A program made the translations under genes and the position numbers. Positions 33,270-36,745 of a stretch of 36,745 bases of DNA are shown piece after piece. The stretch lies in the IMG/VR virus record IMGVR_UViG_3300045988_158810; one strand, given 5' to 3'. Within the stretch, counting starts at the first letter, position 1, and each line of letters begins with the position of its first letter. Origin of the DNA: a virus. Below the pieces are notes generated by a model, which was not told where the DNA came from, ran no database searches, and saw only the letters and a list, made by a program, of their open reading frames with translations.

Positions 33270-34897
33270 CGCTCAGGCCATACCAGGAAGCGGCCCTGCA
33301 GGCTGTGTTACGTGATATGCGCACGCATAAAAACGTCCTCCTGCAGGCCGCCACGGGCGCGGGGAAAACGATTATGTTCTCAGCCATTACCCGTCTTTTT
33401 GTGGAGAAATGGGGCCTGCATGTCGCTATCCTCGCACACCGTGAACAGCTTGTCCGTCAGGCGGCCGACAAGCTCCTGAAGGTATGGCCGGAAGGCGAGG
33501 ATAAGGTAGGCATAGCCTGCCACTCTGTGACGTCATCTGTAGACGTCAACCGGCAGGTGGTGATTGGCTCCCCGCAGACGCTGGCACGCCGCCTTGGCGA
33601 GCTGCCGGAACAGCAGCTTCTTATTGTCGACGAGTGCCACCGCCTGCCGCCGGCGGGCAAAAAAAGCCAGTACGCCGTGCTCATCACCCGGCTGCGTGAG
33701 TACTACCCCGATATGCGTATGCTGGGAGTGACGGCTACGCCCTACCGCCTGGGACACGGCTACATATACGGAGAAGACTGCCGCGAGCCAAAAGAAAATT
33801 GGTTCGACACGCTGTCCTATTCAATCGGCATTGACGACCTGCAGGATGAAGGCTTTCTGGCTCCGCTCAAGGGCTACGGGTGCACGGAGCCCGACCTCTC
33901 AGGCGTAAAAACGTCCAAGGGTGAGTACGATTTGGGTGAGTTGTCCGCTGCTATGTCCCAGGCTGTTCACGTCGGAAGCGCCGTTGAAGCGCTGAAGAAG
34001 TACGGTAAAGGCCGCCGTCATGTGGTGGTGTTCGCCGTGTCTATCCAGCACGCCGAGATACTCAGGGACGCTTTCCGTGCCGCAGGGTATCGCGCCGGCG
34101 CGGTGCATTCAAAAATGCCGCACGACGAGAGACAGAAAGCGTTGGCCGCGTTCGATAACGGCGAGCTTGACGTTATCTGTAACGTGGGCGTGCTCACGGA
34201 GGGGTGGGATTGTGTCTGTGTTGACTGCATGGTCATGTGCCGGCCGACGAAGAGCACAGCCCTGTACGTCCAGATGATAGGGCGCGGGTTAAGGACGTCG
34301 CCCGGAAAGACTGACTGCCTCCTGCTGGACCTTTCCGGAAATTGGAAAGAACACGGCAATCCTGCTCATCCGCGCGTCCGCTGGGCTAAACCCGGCGGGC
34401 GCGTACAGCAGGAGAAGAAGGGGCCGGCTGAACCGGAACTCATTCAATGCCTGGAATGCGAGGCGCTGATTCCGCAGTCGGCTATCGTCTGTCCGTTTTG
34501 CGGCGCGCCGCAGAAGCGTATCTGTGACCGCGTTCCGGTCATGGAAGAGCTGAAAGACGCAGAAAACAGCGTTCAGAAAGTCAGGCTGATTGCCACGCCG
34601 GCATTCAATCCATCGTTCACGTCGAGAAGCGGCAATCACATGCTCAGGGTGGACATGTGCGGCCAGCTGGAAGACGGGCGCCCCGTGTCCTTCTCGGAGT
34701 TCCTTGACCTTGAGGGCGAGGCGTCCGCTTACGGGCAGAGTAAAGCCCGCCAGATATGGAACGGCATCACGCAGACCGTCCCGCCCGCCACTCTGGAAGA
34801 AGCGGCTTCGCGGATTGACGAGCTGAAAGGCAGTTTCCCCTCGGAACTGTGGGTGCGCAAACGGGACAAGTACTACCACGTAGTGAGGTGGGCATAA
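33263..34897 (+). CDS. DEAD/DEAH-box SF2 helicase with C-terminal zinc ribbon
   Basis: LRPYQEAALQ, Walker A AATGAGKT and DEAD-type motif LIVDECHRL. C-terminal CLECEALIPQSAIVCPFCGAP. GTG start chosen after the DUF669 stop. Confidence 0.8.
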   Translation: MVTLRPYQEAALQAVLRDMRTHKNVLLQAATGAGKTIMFSAITRLFVEKWGLHVAILAHREQLVRQAADKLLKVWPEGEDKVGIACHSVTSSVDVNRQVVIGSPQTLARRLGELPEQQLLIVDECHRLPPAGKKSQYAVLITRLREYYPDMRMLGVTATPYRLGHGYIYGEDCREPKENWFDTLSYSIGIDDLQDEGFLAPLKGYGCTEPDLSGVKTSKGEYDLGELSAAMSQAVHVGSAVEALKKYGKGRRHVVVFAVSIQHAEILRDAFRAAGYRAGAVHSKMPHDERQKALAAFDNGELDVICNVGVLTEGWDCVCVDCMVMCRPTKSTALYVQMIGRGLRTSPGKTDCLLLDLSGNWKEHGNPAHPRVRWAKPGGRVQQEKKGPAEPELIQCLECEALIPQSAIVCPFCGAPQKRICDRVPVMEELKDAENSVQKVRLIATPAFNPSFTSRSGNHMLRVDMCGQLEDGRPVSFSEFLDLEGEASAYGQSKARQIWNGITQTVPPATLEEAASRIDELKGSFPSELWVRKRDKYYHVVRWA

Positions 34898-35716
34898 ATG
34901 GAAATTGAAAACCCCATGGCAACGGCCATGTACGAGGCCGCTTCCAGGTACAGGAAGGAACAGCCCAATCGCTCATATCTTGGTATGAGTATAGCCGGCG
35001 ACCCGTGCCGCCGCAAAATATGGTATCAGTTCAGGGGCTATACGCAGAAGTCCATAGACGGCCGCGCGCAGATGATTTTCAGCCTTGGCAGTGCCGTTGA
35101 GCAGGAAGTTTTGCGCTGGCTGAAAGGCGCTGGCTATCACCTCCGCGACGAGCAGGAAGAGTTTTCCCTGCTTAAGGGGTTTGTCCGCGGGCATTGTGAC
35201 GGCGTGATTGATGACGTGAAGGGAACGCGGCCCCACATTCTGGAGATAAAGAGCGCGTCCGCTACACGCTTCAAGATGTTCAAGGCTTCCGGCATTGCCG
35301 CCGTGTCGCCGGTGTATGCCGCGCAGCTCCAGCTCTACATGGGGTGCTCAGGCTTTGAGCGCGGCGTGTGGGTGGTCATGTGCAAGGACAACTGCGAGCT
35401 CTACATTGAGCGCGCTCACTTTGACCGGAAGGCATACCTTGACCTTCAGGAGCGCTGCGCAGCGATTATTGGCAGTGACGATCCGCCGGAGAAGGCATTT
35501 CAGGAGGGGGCCCGCGAGTGCTCTATGTGCCCCTATGAGGGACATTGTTGGCACTTTCCTTACGTGCAGGAGACGCCTACCTGCGGAACGTGTGCCTTCT
35601 GCCGGTTCAATGGGCTTACGCCGCACTGCGACCAGTACGACCACGACATAACGAAATGGGGCATGTCATGCCCGAAATGGGTATTCCGTGACGGCGTGGA
35701 TAGGGTGCCCTTCTGA
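34898..35716 (+). CDS. PD-(D/E)XK exonuclease, Cas4/RecB-like with Fe-S cysteine cluster
   Basis: Nuclease core GHCDGVIDDV…ILEIKSAS (D…ExK). One N-terminal Cys plus C-terminal CSMCPYEGHC (CX2CX5C), as in Cas4/AddB. ATGA-coupled to the helicase. Confidence 0.65.
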   Translation: MEIENPMATAMYEAASRYRKEQPNRSYLGMSIAGDPCRRKIWYQFRGYTQKSIDGRAQMIFSLGSAVEQEVLRWLKGAGYHLRDEQEEFSLLKGFVRGHCDGVIDDVKGTRPHILEIKSASATRFKMFKASGIAAVSPVYAAQLQLYMGCSGFERGVWVVMCKDNCELYIERAHFDRKAYLDLQERCAAIIGSDDPPEKAFQEGARECSMCPYEGHCWHFPYVQETPTCGTCAFCRFNGLTPHCDQYDHDITKWGMSCPKWVFRDGVDRVPF

Positions 35717-35808
35717 AGAAAACTTGAACTCTTAAAGAAAACGCTGGGAGCCAGCGTCATAAGCATACAACGCGATTGGCGGCTTACGCCGCTGAAAAGG
35801 AGACGGAA

Positions 35809-36399
35809 ATGATAGTAGACGTTTTGAAGGTTGACGGAATTAAAGAAGCGCTCTTGGGTATGGGGCTGTCCTATGGGCTGACTTCCAATAAAAATATAAT
35901 CTGTATGGAAGACGCAAAGCTGGCAGACCGTCTCACGAAAATCTGTGCGAAATGTGCTCAGCGTGGGAACGGAGAAGACAAGTTCCTGCGTATGATTCAG
36001 ATTTGGGCGGACGTTACCGCCCCGCGGTTCTGGTGGGCGGAGTTCGACACGTACAAGGTGGGGACTGTGTCCCTGTCTGAGAGCACGATGCACACTCTGG
36101 GTAAGCGGCCCCTTGAGCAGGAAGATTTTGAGGAGAGGCTGCCTTTTGTCCTCCTTGCTTTGCTCAATGCGCGCACATGCACCCCCGGGTACACGATTGA
36201 AGCGAAAAAAGAGTTGCTCCCGGAAAGCTTCCTCCAGCGCCGGATTGTTAATTTTAACTACGCCGTGTTCGCGAACATGATCCGCCAGCGCCGCAATCAC
36301 AGGCTCCCGCAGTGGCATTACTTTCTGAATAAAATCTATTACGCCCTGCCTTTTCCGGAATTTTTACCGCCGCTCACTGTAGAGAAGGGGAAGGAGTAA
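35809..36399 (+). CDS. hypothetical protein (weak ThyX-fold-like segment lacking the RHR motif)
   Basis: ATG with AAGGAG RBS. Segment VTAPRFWWAEFDTYKVGTVSLSESTMHT loosely parallels the ThyX …FRHR…S.RY region, but the catalytic residues are not conserved. Confidence 0.4.
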   Translation: MIVDVLKVDGIKEALLGMGLSYGLTSNKNIICMEDAKLADRLTKICAKCAQRGNGEDKFLRMIQIWADVTAPRFWWAEFDTYKVGTVSLSESTMHTLGKRPLEQEDFEERLPFVLLALLNARTCTPGYTIEAKKELLPESFLQRRIVNFNYAVFANMIRQRRNHRLPQWHYFLNKIYYALPFPEFLPPLTVEKGKE

Positions 36400-36402
36400 G
36401 CC

Positions 36403-36696
36403 ATGACTTTTGATGAATGCCTGAAATTCTTGAATAACCACCAAGAAGAACTTTCCTCAGAAATGCCTTACCTGGGCATAATCGAGATCATGATAGGTAC
36501 GACATACCGCCAGTTGCGCGCTAGAGGAATGACCCGCGAGAGGATTATGCAGCTGATGCTTTGGGGGCTGTTCTATTTCGTCCAGAAGGAAAACATTCTC
36601 ACGGATAAAGACGAACGGGTAGTTATCGAGGCCATGCAGGCCGCGAAAGCCAACGCGTATTTCGTTTCGGGGCATCGCGAAGAGGAAGAAGAATGA
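36403..36696 (+). CDS. hypothetical protein (97 aa) with poly-Glu C-terminus
   Basis: ORF ending …GHREEEEE. Its stop overlaps (ATGA) the start of the junction-spanning ORF. Confidence 0.45.
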   Translation: MTFDECLKFLNNHQEELSSEMPYLGIIEIMIGTTYRQLRARGMTRERIMQLMLWGLFYFVQKENILTDKDERVVIEAMQAAKANAYFVSGHREEEEE

Positions 36697-36745
36697 GAAC
36701 AGAAGAACAGATAAAAGCGTCACGCATTAGATACTATCTGAAGAA

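Overview
The window is a complete, closed genome of a GC-rich (~60-65% GC) temperate phage of about 36.69 kb. Bases 1-55 are repeated exactly at 36691-36745, a 55-bp terminal overlap, and reading frames continue across the junction, so the contig is circular. Most gene boundaries show ATGA/TAATG overlaps that indicate translational coupling. No tRNA, CRISPR array or reverse transcriptase was seen.

Plus strand:
- cI repressor with an S24 peptidase domain (29147-29767), then a secreted accessory protein and a rho-independent terminator.
- A third operator-like site and a promoter-like element, followed by a long structured leader.
- A low-GC island carrying two small genes.
- A recombination and replication cassette: Gp157-like protein, Sak4 (AAA_24), DUF669, a DEAD-box helicase and a Cas4-like PD-(D/E)XK nuclease.
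- Small genes that run across the contig junction into a tyrosine integrase (984-1967), then attP-like repeats and a terminator.

Minus strand:
- A Cro-like HTH protein, translationally coupled to a primase-polymerase/helicase.
- An AT-rich iteron array that looks like a replication origin (~26340-26625).
- VRR-NUC nuclease, a GcrA-like HTH/zinc-ribbon protein, a DUF6378-like protein, a MazG-like protein and a Lar-family anti-restriction protein.
- A 257-aa parallel beta-helix protein and an AlpA-like HTH gene with an in-frame TGA.
- A lysis cassette: a P22/lambda-type GH24 endolysin whose frame is interrupted at an anomalous AT-rich 27-nt patch, a membrane protein, and a lambda-S-like holin.
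- TerS, a PBSX-type TerL, a portal with a long helical C-terminal barrel, scaffold and capsid.
- About 12 virion or ejection proteins with no tape-measure protein, which suggests a P22-like podovirus.
- Two paralogous tail-fibre genes with a shared N-terminus, each followed by its own chaperone genes, then a Tfa and an XkdX-like mini-gene.

Coordinates I derived myself (rather than taken from the ORF track) may be off by 1-2 nt.
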